A DNA stretch of 64,000 bases from Rubripirellula sp. (GCA_965216875.1 OZ244207.1:1728001-1792000); one strand, 5' to 3'. Numbered from the stretch's first letter, positions 52,997 through 63,711 are shown. Notes: generated by a model from the sequence alone, not told the origin. Numbers and translations: made by a program.

Positions 52997-53791
52997 ATGC
53001 CCAGCCTTATCCAATCGAGTCGAACGGAACTCAAATTCTCGATTAGCGAGCAGACCGCTGCTGGTATCAAGCAGTATTTGGGTTCGTCATTGCGCAGGGA
53101 CGCAAATGGGACGGGGCACGGCCCCGAAGGCTATCCGGTGTGTAGTGTCTATTTGGACAGCAATGACGCACGTTTGTACGGACAAACCATCGGCGGCAAT
53201 CGCAACCGCTTCAAGTTGCGGGTGCGAATCTATGACGACGACCCGAATCATCCGGCGTTCGCGGAAATCAAACGTCGCGATGGCCAAGTGATCAAAAAGC
53301 AGCGGGCGGCCGTCACTCGATCAGCGGCGTCGGCATTGTTGCGCGGCAGTCATCCGACTCACGATTTGTTGGCTCCTCAGGCATCCAAATCGGGTTCCGA
53401 TTTCAACGCCCTCCAGGAGTTTTGCCGGCTTCGAGACAAGATCGGTGCGATCGGAACGACCTACGTTTCCTACCTACGCGATGCTTATGTATCGCCAGAT
53501 GGCAACGATTGGCGTGCCACCTTTGATCGTCGATTGTGCACGATGCCCTATCGATGCGGCGAGGAGATCACGATCCCTGCGACGCCGTTGCATACCAAAC
53601 ATTACGACACGGTTGTGTTCGAATTGAAGTTCACAGATCGCTTTCCACAGTGGATGGTGGAGTTGGTCCGGACTTTCAACCTCCAACCGGTGTCGTTTCC
53701 GAAGTACGTCAACTGTTTTGACTCGCTAACCCAGCGACATTCGGCCGCAAATCCTCGGCTGCGCAACTATTCTAGACAGTACTCGGTATAG
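52997..53791 (+). CDS. VTC (polyphosphate polymerase-like) domain protein
   Basis: RTELKF, SVYLD, RFKLRVRIY, AEIKRR, RATFD, FELKF, KY. Confidence 0.88.
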   Translation: MPSLIQSSRTELKFSISEQTAAGIKQYLGSSLRRDANGTGHGPEGYPVCSVYLDSNDARLYGQTIGGNRNRFKLRVRIYDDDPNHPAFAEIKRRDGQVIKKQRAAVTRSAASALLRGSHPTHDLLAPQASKSGSDFNALQEFCRLRDKIGAIGTTYVSYLRDAYVSPDGNDWRATFDRRLCTMPYRCGEEITIPATPLHTKHYDTVVFELKFTDRFPQWMVELVRTFNLQPVSFPKYVNCFDSLTQRHSAANPRLRNYSRQYSV

Positions 53792-53830
53792 TCGCCCTTT
53801 CCCCTCCTTTTCTCGTTCGGTGTGTTCGCA

Positions 53831-54526
53831 ATGGTTCAGTGGATCGATGCATTTATGCAAACGGATCGATCCTATTCCGGAGAAACGTTGGCGTCGGTTC
53901 TGTTCACGTTTCTTCTCGCCTTTGTGATTGGCCAGATTGTCGGCTGGGTCTACCAGCGGACTCACCGAGGACTTTCCTATTCGCAATCGTTCGCCGCCAG
54001 CATGGTCGTGCTGCCGGTTTTGGTGGCGATGATGATGTTGTTGATGGCTGACAACTTCACGATCGCATTCGGCTTGCTTGCCGTTTTCGCCGTCGTTCGA
54101 TTTCGCAACGTCCTCAAAGACACGCGCGACACAATCTACGTGCTGTGGGCCATCATCGAAGGGATGGCGGCAGGCACCGGCAAATCATCCCTTGCGGTCG
54201 TTGGCGTTGTCATCGTTGCCGTGATCATGTTTTATCTTTCGGCAACCCGCTACGGTGCTCGGCGACAGTACGACACGATCGTCTCGCTGTTTTGTGTCGG
54301 AGGCCGCAGTGGATTGACCGACGTGGTCCAGCAGGTCCTGGCAAGGCATTGTCTGACAACCCAGCTTGCGTCGATCCAGGAGTTGGGTGGCGAGAGCTTT
54401 GACATGTCCTACCGACTCGCACTGCGCGACCCGAATCGTCGTGGCGAGTTGGAATCGGAACTGCGTGAACTCGATTCAGTCGAACGCGTTTCGGTCTTTG
54501 CCCATGATGACGAATCGGAGGTCTAG
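53831..54526 (+). CDS. DUF4956-family membrane protein
   Basis: SYSQSF, AVVRFRNVLKD, GMAAG; follows the VTC gene. Confidence 0.85.
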   Translation: MVQWIDAFMQTDRSYSGETLASVLFTFLLAFVIGQIVGWVYQRTHRGLSYSQSFAASMVVLPVLVAMMMLLMADNFTIAFGLLAVFAVVRFRNVLKDTRDTIYVLWAIIEGMAAGTGKSSLAVVGVVIVAVIMFYLSATRYGARRQYDTIVSLFCVGGRSGLTDVVQQVLARHCLTTQLASIQELGGESFDMSYRLALRDPNRRGELESELRELDSVERVSVFAHDDESEV

Positions 54527-54529
54527 CCG

Positions 54530-55831
54530 ATGGCGTCATCAAACAAGAAAGTCGCAATCCCGATTGGCGTTCGAGTACGCTACCTCACGACACGTTGGCT
54601 CAAAGGCTTGCTGTTTGTCGCCAGTGTCGCCGCCCTCGGTTTTCTTTGGATGCGGCGCAGTCCTGGGATTGTCATTCGCGGCAAGGTCGAAGCGATCACC
54701 TTTACGGTGCCGGCCAGTGGTGACGGGATCTTGCTTGCCATCGATTCGCCTCCCGCGCCCTTTGATCGCGTCGAAAAGAACGAAAGCCTGATCGCTCGTT
54801 TGGACGTCACCAACGAGTTGATGGAAATGCAGGTCCTGACGGAAGAACGCGCACGCTTGCAGGCGGTCGTCGATGCCGAAGCCCAGCGTCTTGAATTGCA
54901 GACATGGCAAACGAGTCTCGATTTGCGCGGCCAAGAACTGACCTTTCAACGTAACCTCACGTCCATTCGCGGGCAGCTCGATCAGTTGCAACGCGAGCAG
55001 AACGATTTGCGTCAACGGCAACGTTCAGCCGAAATACGCAAGGCCGAGATCGAAACGGTGATCGCCTCGCTTGAAGTCGATGCGAAGCATTTAAGGAACG
55101 AGAAGGATCGACTCGTCGATTTGGCGTCACGACGATTGACGCCGGGTTACCGGGTCGATCAGGTTGCCGATCAGATTACCGCCAAAGAACTCGAAGTCGC
55201 TGATCAACGCCGACTGATTCAGCGGATCGACCAGCAATTGTCTGAAATTGTCGGCGAGTCAAATGAGGTTGCTGGTCGACATGCGGCACTGGTCACCTCG
55301 CTTCAAGCTCTCCAGCAGCGGCCGACATTGGACGTTTCGATCGACCAACCAAAATCGGATCTCGATATCTCTCTTGCCCCACTCCTAAACGCATTGAAGG
55401 TGCACGATTCCAAGGTTCGACAGCTTGCAACGCGGATCGCAGCCAACGAAATCGTCGCCCCGGTGTCGGGAATGATCTCTCAAGTTCATTTCCCGCCCGG
55501 GACCTTCGTGCGCAGTGGGGATCCAATCGTGACCATTTCGTCGGACCAATCGGAATGGATCGTCGCCTATGTCGAACCGAGCCTGACAGGGCAGCTTCAA
55601 CCCGGTGCACCTTTGAAGGTTCGTATTGCCCGCGACAAGCCTCTTATTGTGGATGCGTCGGTCAAAGAGCTGGGCACGCAAGTCGAATTGATGCCCGAGC
55701 CGCTGCGGCGCAACGCGGAAGTGTTGCAATGGGGGTTGCCGGTCAAGGTCGCCATTCCTGAGGGCGTGAACCTCTTGCCGGGCGAGATGGTCGACCTGCT
55801 TGTGCCGGGAACGCAACAAGAATTGTTCTAG
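54530..55831 (+). CDS. HlyD-family membrane fusion protein
   Basis: N-terminal TM, long coiled coil, IVAPVSGMIS lipoyl half, LLPGEMV. Confidence 0.85.
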   Translation: MASSNKKVAIPIGVRVRYLTTRWLKGLLFVASVAALGFLWMRRSPGIVIRGKVEAITFTVPASGDGILLAIDSPPAPFDRVEKNESLIARLDVTNELMEMQVLTEERARLQAVVDAEAQRLELQTWQTSLDLRGQELTFQRNLTSIRGQLDQLQREQNDLRQRQRSAEIRKAEIETVIASLEVDAKHLRNEKDRLVDLASRRLTPGYRVDQVADQITAKELEVADQRRLIQRIDQQLSEIVGESNEVAGRHAALVTSLQALQQRPTLDVSIDQPKSDLDISLAPLLNALKVHDSKVRQLATRIAANEIVAPVSGMISQVHFPPGTFVRSGDPIVTISSDQSEWIVAYVEPSLTGQLQPGAPLKVRIARDKPLIVDASVKELGTQVELMPEPLRRNAEVLQWGLPVKVAIPEGVNLLPGEMVDLLVPGTQQELF

Positions 55832-55874
55832 CCGCGCCGGCAGACGATTCCTGCAACCAGAGGCTTCGCATCCT

Positions 55875-55980
55875 AACACTCTCCCATGGGAGAGTCGGGC
55901 TCTCAGGCCCGGAGAGGGTTTGTCTAGACTGTTCCCTCCCCGGACTTTGCGTCCGACCCTCCCGCACGCAGGAGGGTGAT
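55875..55980 (+). repeat. 110-bp palindromic element between convergent genes
   Basis: Matches 41923-42033. Confidence 0.85.
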
Positions 55981-56052
55981 TGTTTGAGTGCACGTTAACC
56001 TGGGCAAACATTGCACCTCATGGCCCGTAACTCCAAGCCGCGACACGGTGCT

Positions 56053-57609
56053 CTATCGACGGTGCTTTAGCCGCGCGAATTGGTACGCGAGTTCGAGCTC
56101 GTCGCTCAGACGTTGTGCGATGGCAATTTCGAGACGCAGGGCTTGCTGGCCGGTAAGAAGCTGTTGGTTCCTTTCGTCCGCAAGAAAGGTGCGTTGTGTG
56201 AGCACAAACGGGTCTTCGCGGTATTGCGAGATCTGCGCGGCCAGCACAGTAAGCTCTTGATGTCGGCGGCGAGCGAGCGCCGCGATTTCAGAACGCAACC
56301 GCTGCGACTCCTGGCGTCTGCCCTTGAGCAGCGCTGCCGATTCCGCAATCTGGCCTTGCCGCTTATCGTGGACCGGCAAGTCGGTCTGAAACCGCGCACC
56401 AATAAAGTCGTCGTCTTCGCCGAGCCGGTCCTGATAGAGCGGCCCGATTTCTTTTTCGACGCGAATCGCTCGCTGCAATCGGTAGTCCCAACATCTCACG
56501 TCGACCTCGGCGTTCGCTGCAGCCAGGTTGAGAGACTGTGCAATCGCAGTTTGAACCATCTCCTCTTCCGTTGGAAGGTCGAGCTCAAGTTGGTCGAAAT
56601 CAAATGCGACGGTCGGGGCGTGCGGGAAGTTGATGGCGATAGCAAGTCGTGATTGGGCGGCGATCAACGCACGTTCGGTTTCGAATCTCGCGGCGATGGC
56701 GTCTTGGGTCTCGAGTTGAGCGGCAACATGGTCGACAACATTGGCGCCCGGCTCACCCTCGACCAGCTCGGGGCGGGTCTGTTCGATTCGGCGCTCAGCC
56801 AATTGTTCGACGTGCTTTTGGAGTTCCAGTCGTCGTTGCAGGTAGGCGACTTCGATCCCGGCAAGCATCGCCTCGTCCGTTGCCCGCTCGACCGCAGCGG
56901 CGAACGTGAGTTGTGCCTGAGTGATCGCCATTCGCGCGGTTTGGCAGCGGATCGACCGAGCGCGAGACGTTCCGAATGGGAACGTGAGGCGAGTCGAGAT
57001 TTCGGTCGGGTCGTTGCGATCATAGATCGGCGTTTCCACATCGAAAACGAACTCGGGGTTCTCTTTTGTCTGGGCCGCGATCAGTTGCGCGCGTGCAACG
57101 TCGATCTGTTGTTGCGCCGCAATCACCTGAGGGTCATGGTCTTGCGCAAAGGCAACGATTTCTTGCAGCGTGTATGCGGACGACTCGATAACGTCGATCG
57201 GCGCTGCGTCTGCGGGTTCCATGCGTTCTGGTGCAGAAACATCCGTCTGCCCAAAATTCGCTGCGACTGGATTTGCTGCGACTGGATTTGAAGAGTCGCC
57301 CGCGGCTAGCGGATCGGCGCTGGCGATGAGATCGGCAAAGGCGGAACCAAGCGACTCATCCGCTTGCTGGTCGTTCGTTGGTCCTTCACTGATTTCGGAG
57401 TCGCCCAATGCGGCTGCCACGTCAACCAACTCGCCAGTGTCTGTGGTCGCCACTTCTTCAACGACTGCGGGCTGTGCTGATTCGGTCACGCCCAGTTGGC
57501 TGGCGGTGAACAGCGTTGCCATGCACCCAGGCGCACTGATGCTTAGCGCAGCAAGCAACACGAGCAGCGGCGTCGGTTTCGATCTATGTGGGCGGTGCGA
57601 GTTCGGCAT
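56053..57609 (-). CDS. TolC/CzcC-family outer-membrane efflux lipoprotein
   Basis: Lipobox-like APGC; YTLQEIVAFA...ENPEF, TDLPVHDKRQGQIAE. Confidence 0.75.
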   Translation of the reverse strand: MPNSHRPHRSKPTPLLVLLAALSISAPGCMATLFTASQLGVTESAQPAVVEEVATTDTGELVDVAAALGDSEISEGPTNDQQADESLGSAFADLIASADPLAAGDSSNPVAANPVAANFGQTDVSAPERMEPADAAPIDVIESSAYTLQEIVAFAQDHDPQVIAAQQQIDVARAQLIAAQTKENPEFVFDVETPIYDRNDPTEISTRLTFPFGTSRARSIRCQTARMAITQAQLTFAAAVERATDEAMLAGIEVAYLQRRLELQKHVEQLAERRIEQTRPELVEGEPGANVVDHVAAQLETQDAIAARFETERALIAAQSRLAIAINFPHAPTVAFDFDQLELDLPTEEEMVQTAIAQSLNLAAANAEVDVRCWDYRLQRAIRVEKEIGPLYQDRLGEDDDFIGARFQTDLPVHDKRQGQIAESAALLKGRRQESQRLRSEIAALARRRHQELTVLAAQISQYREDPFVLTQRTFLADERNQQLLTGQQALRLEIAIAQRLSDELELAYQFARLKHRR

Positions 57610-57832
57610 CGGGAGGCGGCGTGTCTAGAATCTCAATGTGCCGGTTAACCAATTGAGAAGTCCGCCGTCAAGCCGAATTGAGTTTCACGCTTCTTGTGGG
57701 CGATGAGTTTGGTCGCGAGCGTAAAGTCGGGGTGGAAATTCGATCGACCAACCAGTAGCGAGCGACCGTCCCATCCGGGTTCGCATGCAACTGTTCCATG
57801 CGACGTGGGAATGATCTGACTGCAATCGTGCC

Positions 57833-57946
57833 GTAGCTACGCTCGCCAGAGCGTGGTGTGCGGAGTGCGGTCGTCTAAAGCGTCACCACCTCAGGCGAAA
57901 GTAGCTGCGTGTAAGGACACGCTACTTTCGCGGAGCGAAAGGCGAC
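57833..57946. repeat. REP mosaic
   Basis: GTAGCTACGCTCGCCAGAGCGTGG, degenerate inverted partner, TTTCGCGGAGCGAAAGGCGAC. Confidence 0.85.
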
Positions 57947-58093
57947 AAACAATGAACGGGTAACAATCCAGGCACCTCGCCTGACTCATTGCTGTTGTTC
58001 CTGTGGAGCGATTGGGTTCAGCATTGCTTGACGGCGGTGCGTGTTGCCGCGTGCGAAAACGGGTGAATTGGCGGCTACGCATTCATGCCGTTG

Positions 58094-58792
58094 TTACGTG
58101 CCTTGCAAAGGGAGGTCGCCGTGATCGAGGTCGTAGGCTTGCACATTTTTGACAGCTTGAACGATGTTCGATCCGTGTGCAACTAGCTCTTCCATGCCAG
58201 AAGCCGCTAACACATTCTCTTTGTGCATGAGGATCGCAGTGCCATGGTCTAAATCCCAACCGGTTTGGAACTCGAAAGAGCTGAATCCGCAATCGTCGAG
58301 ACCGTCGTCGACGAGCCCGATACGGACTAGTTTGTACAAATGGTCTACTGCAGTGGCGTCATTCCAATCGATGTCGTCCTGGATCTTCTTCCAGTAGTTC
58401 TGTGTGCGACGATCGGTCGGCAGGTCCTCGTCGAGGAACTGTTGCAGAGCCTTCTTGTGCTGCGCGAACAGTTTTCGGCGTAGATTTGTTTCGAGAATTG
58501 CGGTGTTCTCAAGGAGGAAATGCCAGCTTTGCTCTTGGATTTCGCAAAACCCATTTCCTGCGCTCGAGTACATGACGACTTCAACGCAGTCGCTTACATC
58601 TCGGGCCGAAGGGCAGCTCGGGTCGCACGAGGGTTGTTTTCGCTCCAACTTCAGTTTGGAGTAATGCGGGTACGGTGGGGCGTGCGAAACAATTGCTTCT
58701 CGCAACAGTGGTTTCTCCGTCCGCCACAATCGCCTGAAGTCGGACATGTCAGGATCAGGATCTGGCTGGAATCGTTCGTGAAACGCATTCAT
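58094..58792 (-). CDS. Hypothetical protein (DUF6985-like)
   Basis: FEFQTGWDLDHGTAILMH resembles the WDxEHG motif; stop is followed by C (TAAC). Confidence 0.65.
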   Translation of the reverse strand: MNAFHERFQPDPDPDMSDFRRLWRTEKPLLREAIVSHAPPYPHYSKLKLERKQPSCDPSCPSARDVSDCVEVVMYSSAGNGFCEIQEQSWHFLLENTAILETNLRRKLFAQHKKALQQFLDEDLPTDRRTQNYWKKIQDDIDWNDATAVDHLYKLVRIGLVDDGLDDCGFSSFEFQTGWDLDHGTAILMHKENVLAASGMEELVAHGSNIVQAVKNVQAYDLDHGDLPLQGT

Positions 58793-58811
58793 CGACTGAT
58801 CTCTGACAAAA

Positions 58812-59537
58812 CTAAAAATAGGTGGCGATGAAGTTGACGGCAACGTGCACGAGCATGATGTAAACAATACTTCCGGTCCATTGCCGAATGATTCCCATAA
58901 GGCAGGCACCCAAAAAGGTGTACGCCAATTGGAACCAAATGAATGATCCGATTCCGTAGGCAACTCCGGGGATGTGCCAGATTGAAAAACACGATGCGGT
59001 CAGCAGGATGCATCGATTGATCTTGATCGACTCAGTGATTGTCCCCGGAAAATGAATGGAGAACCAGCGATACAGGTAGCCAGCGAAAAATAGATCCTGC
59101 GCCGGCGGCGATATCAACCAAATCGCAATCGGCCCGCCGCTGAATGGTTTGGACGGCAAGAACGGGTAAACGAGGGCCGTTATACCGATCGGTGTGACGC
59201 ATAACCCCAACAATCGGGGCCACTTTTTCCGGAGGTTGTCACCCAGGCGTAGCCCATATCCGGTCGGGTCATGAGCGACAAGAGCGATCGCGAAAATCAG
59301 GAACAGCAGTTGCTCCGAATTGACAGTGCCGAGCGTCTTAACCAATGGCCACTCGAAGTACTTAGCCATACCAACAAGCCAAGCTGGCAGCGCGTGCGAC
59401 GAGAACACAAGCACGATCGCCAAGGTTAGAAAACCGACCGGTTGCCTTTGTGGTACCTCTTTCAGCACTTTGCTTCCCTGCAAATCGAAACATTTTGGCC
59501 AAACGGTAGGTGTCACCGACGCCCGCGAGTTGAGCAT
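58812..59537 (-). CDS. CPBP/Abi-like intramembrane protein with degenerate EE motif
   Basis: PPAQDLFFAGY, FSIWH, HVAVN; multiple TM helices; start uncertain. Confidence 0.7.
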   Translation of the reverse strand: MLNSRASVTPTVWPKCFDLQGSKVLKEVPQRQPVGFLTLAIVLVFSSHALPAWLVGMAKYFEWPLVKTLGTVNSEQLLFLIFAIALVAHDPTGYGLRLGDNLRKKWPRLLGLCVTPIGITALVYPFLPSKPFSGGPIAIWLISPPAQDLFFAGYLYRWFSIHFPGTITESIKINRCILLTASCFSIWHIPGVAYGIGSFIWFQLAYTFLGACLMGIIRQWTGSIVYIMLVHVAVNFIATYF

Positions 59538-59752
59538 ACCCGATCAAGTCTTGTCACGTTGTGAGCGAATGTTCAATTTCGGGAAAGTCGGTTTGGGAAC
59601 ACAGGCAAAGGTACTACGATGAATCTTCATCAACGGGAAGCTGATTGAACAGTTCGGTATCCCTGTAGCGAAACGCATGACAACAGTTTGATGCCTGGTA
59701 CGCAATGGTGCAAGAAAGCTCACCCGGACCGCCGATCGGGGGCAATTGATCG

Positions 59753-60421
59753 TTATGTGGCTCTGAGTCCATAAAGCGTGTTGCCGCGTTTGCTGACAAT
59801 CGTATCGATCTGGCCAGCCGCTAAAAGGAGGCGAAGGCGTTTGTCGATCTGGCTCGTGTTCCAATTTGCAAGTGATTCGAATCCTTTTCTTTTTGCGCCC
59901 CAATTGCGAATTCGCGGTGCGTTGAAGAACTGTCCGTAATACCGTTCAAAGAACTCCATTATCTTCTGAGACAACTCATCCTCAAGCATCACGCTTTCTG
60001 CGTCTCGGCGCGTGACCTCAGTTGGTGCAGATCCACTCGCATGCTTGAGTTCCGCTACCGCATTCTTGAGTTCCTCTACTTGGAGCTCCAGCGGTGCGAG
60101 GACTGCGTTGTGTTCTCTGTTTTGTTCCGCGAGCGCATCCTGAAACTCAACGGGCCCAACTTTGGAAAACACGCGAGCCACTCGAAGCCACGGAATGTTG
60201 ACGAATAGGATCGCGATGATCGACCAAAAGGCAATGGAATCGAGACCGAGATTGTGGATGTGTTCGGCGTCCTCCGGTCTTTGATACGCCGCTTTGTAAA
60301 TGGGGATCGCTGCGGACACAAAAAAGATGGCGAAAACCACACTGACGATGGCGCGAATCGGAGCGGATAAGATCGCTAGATTCGACTGGTTGTTGAGTTG
60401 GTCTTCTTGCGTTCCGTCCAT
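59753..60421 (-). CDS. Hypothetical protein: two TM helices, coiled coil, possible C-terminal winged helix
   Basis: AGGAG RBS; KVGPVEF; stop is followed by C (TAAC). Confidence 0.7.
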   Translation of the reverse strand: MDGTQEDQLNNQSNLAILSAPIRAIVSVVFAIFFVSAAIPIYKAAYQRPEDAEHIHNLGLDSIAFWSIIAILFVNIPWLRVARVFSKVGPVEFQDALAEQNREHNAVLAPLELQVEELKNAVAELKHASGSAPTEVTRRDAESVMLEDELSQKIMEFFERYYGQFFNAPRIRNWGAKRKGFESLANWNTSQIDKRLRLLLAAGQIDTIVSKRGNTLYGLRAT

Positions 60422-60743
60422 CGCCCTACTCCTAGCGGCCCACGTGAGCGCGGCCTGTGAGTTGAAGATTCACGATTGAAGAAGTGGGCAAGTTGCCCGT
60501 TTCTCGTTCACGCATCCCAATTGTGGACTTCGTCCGGATGGCATGAGTCGCAGACGTAATCGACTCCGGAATCGTGCAATCGTCATCAGGGAATCGGGAT
60601 GAAGATGGTTTAATGTCCCGAATTGGCGATCGTACCGCAAGTCATTAGCGTTTGCTCCCTTTCGGGTACGGGCAGCGATCACGCGCAGCTTAGGAGAACA
60701 AACCTTCAACTCAAAGTGAATGGCGCTGCTACCACGGTAGCAG

Positions 60744-61170
60744 CTACTCATTTCGGATCAAAGCTTCAATATCCATCGCCGATGCGACATAGACTGGCGG
60801 TTTTTCGTCCGTCCCCCGATCAATTGGGTTGTAGTTTCGATACGTGCGGATGCGCCACTGCTCAATGAGTTGCTTTTCGTTCTCGGGGAGGCTTTGCCAG
60901 TTCTCCCTGATCACAGCATTGTGCCATTCGTGAATCGGTTTCGCGTTGTCGCGGGAATTCAATCCTCGCCAAGTTGGCACGTCATATGGCCAGTATGGCA
61001 AAAACTCAAAGGCCACGCACGGTTCATGGGTTACGGAAACCCAAAGACCGTCGCACGTGGTGCAGCGTTTGATTTCGTTCCAATTGCCAGTTTCAACCTC
61101 ATCCAACTTGGGGAGTTTGCCGAAGGTCCAAAGCAGCCGCTGAGGTGCTTGGCAGTTGCTACAGCTCATG
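60744..61170 (-). CDS. Hypothetical protein with two CxxC pairs
   Basis: MSCSNC...RCTTCDGLW; start uncertain. Confidence 0.55.
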
Positions 61171-61490
61171 ATCTTGGTGTCCGACTCTTGAGGCATAACG
61201 GCGGCAAGGAAATCGTGTAACGAATCATTGACCAGTTCCGGGGCTACTGAGCCAAATGGGTCATGTCCGCACTGGAGCTGACGCAGTGGTCCAGCCACGA
61301 TCGTTGCCAACCATTTGACTTCAGCGATCGAGGATTAGATTTTGAGCGCCATCTAGGTATTCTCTGAAGACTGTGCGGATTCCTTTCTTCGCCGAGAGGC
61401 TGGCTACGTGAGTTTGTTTGCAGCTTCCGTTTGTCTCAAAACAAATAAAGTAATACCGGTGGCGGGTTTTTGTGGTTGCAGCCTACCATG

Positions 61491-61910
61491 TTACAGACCT
61501 TCAGAAAACGAAAAGTCCGGCTCGGCGTATTCATCAACGTCCGGTCTGCAAAATGCAAAGTGATCGGAGAGGCCTTCGATCAGTCGCGTACTGAATCGCA
61601 AGACTCGCATCCTCGAACCTTGCGGCGTTGCCTCTTCGCGAACCGTTATTGAGTGATTGGCGTCATGCGCCCAGGAGCGGGTGACCACGCGGCCATCACA
61701 ATGATAGGCGAGGTCTCCGACAACGTGGATTGTGCGGTCGTCAAGGATCGACCAATGGAAGGACCAGGCGTTGCACAGAACTGGATTGTGAAAGTCGAGT
61801 CGCCCCTTCCCGTCTTCGAAGAAGATCAGCACGTCATCCGACTGCGCGCCTGGGCCGTACATGGCATCGGCACTCCAAAGACCAACCAAGTCGGAGGGAA
61901 TCAACGTCAC
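61491..61910 (-). CDS. Hypothetical protein
   Basis: LVGLWS beta-rich N-terminus; stop is followed by C (TAAC). Confidence 0.6.
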   Translation of the reverse strand: MTLIPSDLVGLWSADAMYGPGAQSDDVLIFFEDGKGRLDFHNPVLCNAWSFHWSILDDRTIHVVGDLAYHCDGRVVTRSWAHDANHSITVREEATPQGSRMRVLRFSTRLIEGLSDHFAFCRPDVDEYAEPDFSFSEGL

Positions 61911-62007
61911 GATCTTTGTTGCTCTCGTTGGTGGAACGACGTCAGCACGCCACGGTCACGTGCTTCGGTTCTTGTGATGGTTCTCGCATGTTACAAGAAC
62001 GGATCTG

Positions 62008-62913
62008 TTAGGGGCGAAGATCCCGTTCCTCGATGCAATGCAGTTTTGGGACGTCCGAGATTTCGATGACGTACGACCAGCGATTTGTGCGATCGTAGTC
62101 GAACGCATGTCCCTTGATCGTTGCTTTTCGGCCAACGTATTGCGACATTGAACCATTCTTGGCAGCAACTACGACCGCGTCACCTAATTCGTAGGCTGGA
62201 AGCACGCCCATGGAACGCCCCCAGTCAAGCGGCTCAATAGAAAGGAAGATGTCGCGAACGCCTTCGAGCGGAGCTTGGGATTGCACGTTGACGTGGGCGA
62301 AATCGTCGTGCTCACTCCAGTCATCACCGATTGTTTGCTGCAGAGATTGAAAAGCCTCGGTCGGGTGGTTACGCGGCGAAAAGGCCCAACGGTACTCGTC
62401 AATCCCCGGGATCTTTGCGTAGTTGAATCCGTTCAGCCAGCTGATCCCCGCGGGTGGATCCGATACAAAGTAAGGAAGCCGCTCATAGGCTCCGTCCTCG
62501 TAGTCCTTGTAGAGTCGGAACAACGCATCTGAATCAGAAAACGCAAGGTGATCGGCAAGTTGCTGAAACTCGTCCGATGGCGCATCTAGATCGCTGTCAA
62601 TCGCTGAAACTAACAACCGTGCGGCCAACTGTTTCTCATTCCGCGCGAATTCCCACAGCATGTAATTGTTCTCAACGGAGCATTCGACAAACACGGGCGT
62701 TCGATCGATAAACCAATGTTTGAGGACACCGAAGTAATGGGGTCCCGTGCCAGCTCGCTCGAGCACCGGGACGAAGCAAGGAGGGAATGCTCGCTCGTCG
62801 TTCAGTTGACTGTAGCTATCGGCCACGGCGGGATGACCATCGACGGGTAGACGCTGAATCCAGCTGGCGAATCCGAGATCGTTAAGTACGCCGGGATATG
62901 GGTTCATATTCAT
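62008..62913 (-). CDS. Hypothetical protein (possibly immunity-protein-like)
   Basis: 301-aa ORF with natural composition; stop is followed by C (TAAC). Confidence 0.6.
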   Translation of the reverse strand: MNMNPYPGVLNDLGFASWIQRLPVDGHPAVADSYSQLNDERAFPPCFVPVLERAGTGPHYFGVLKHWFIDRTPVFVECSVENNYMLWEFARNEKQLAARLLVSAIDSDLDAPSDEFQQLADHLAFSDSDALFRLYKDYEDGAYERLPYFVSDPPAGISWLNGFNYAKIPGIDEYRWAFSPRNHPTEAFQSLQQTIGDDWSEHDDFAHVNVQSQAPLEGVRDIFLSIEPLDWGRSMGVLPAYELGDAVVVAAKNGSMSQYVGRKATIKGHAFDYDRTNRWSYVIEISDVPKLHCIEERDLRP

Positions 62914-63178
62914 TGCAAATTGCAGCCAAAATTATCGGGTTGCCGCCAGGGAAGCTGATTGCAGATTTGGCCTGTCCGGCATTTTCGGTGCATTTCTTTG
63001 TTATGCCGATTCTGGTTGACCGTGACAGTCTTCAATTGGCCCCGGCCAGAACAGGCCGCTGAACTGAAACACCCAATACTTTGAAGTGCAATGCAGGCAA
63101 TGGAACAGAGACGTTGCTGGGAGAGTCAGGTTTCCAATTGAAAAAACACGCAAGCCCGGCTGCGTGTGAATGCGGTGG

Positions 63179-63613
63179 TTATCCGCCGTCTGTTGTTGAC
63201 GGCAAAGACTCGATTGCATGTTGAATCCGTGCTCCGTAGCGTCGAATGTATTCGCGATCTGAATCAATGGCAATGGATGCAGCAAGCTCAAGTCTGTCAG
63301 GCGAGAATCGAATCGCCATCGAAAGCTGGTCAAAGAACTGTTCGTAGAAGTACCCGCCCAGCAAACGGTCAACTATTGCACCGACTAGTCGGTCGCAGTC
63401 GTCGGGTGAGGGAGGGTGGTTCTTGAAATGACGGCAAAGTTTCGCACGAGCGCGGTTGTGCCAGTAACCGAAGCTCTCTGCGGTCACAAAGAAAATCGAG
63501 CGAGAGATCGCGTCACCATCGCCCCGTTTCACGTCAGCGATCAAACATTCGAGATCGGTCTTGGAAAGTGACCGAATCCAAATTGAGGCGTACGAGGGTC
63601 GTATCGTCGTCAT
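63179..63613 (-). CDS. Hypothetical protein
   Basis: 144-aa helical ORF; stop is followed by C (TAAC). Confidence 0.6.
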   Translation of the reverse strand: MTTIRPSYASIWIRSLSKTDLECLIADVKRGDGDAISRSIFFVTAESFGYWHNRARAKLCRHFKNHPPSPDDCDRLVGAIVDRLLGGYFYEQFFDQLSMAIRFSPDRLELAASIAIDSDREYIRRYGARIQHAIESLPSTTDGG

Positions 63614-63711
63614 TCGAGCAACAGGGTTTCAGACGGATAAAGGTGGCCAAAACCAGGATCGCCCAATGTGTTATCTACTTGGAACCGCGTCATGGCGATC
63701 TCCCGGGCAAT

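Noticed and set aside
57262..57290. 15-bp tandem repeat in the TolC-like gene (NPVAA twice)
   Set aside because: In-frame duplication in a disordered linker; unremarkable.
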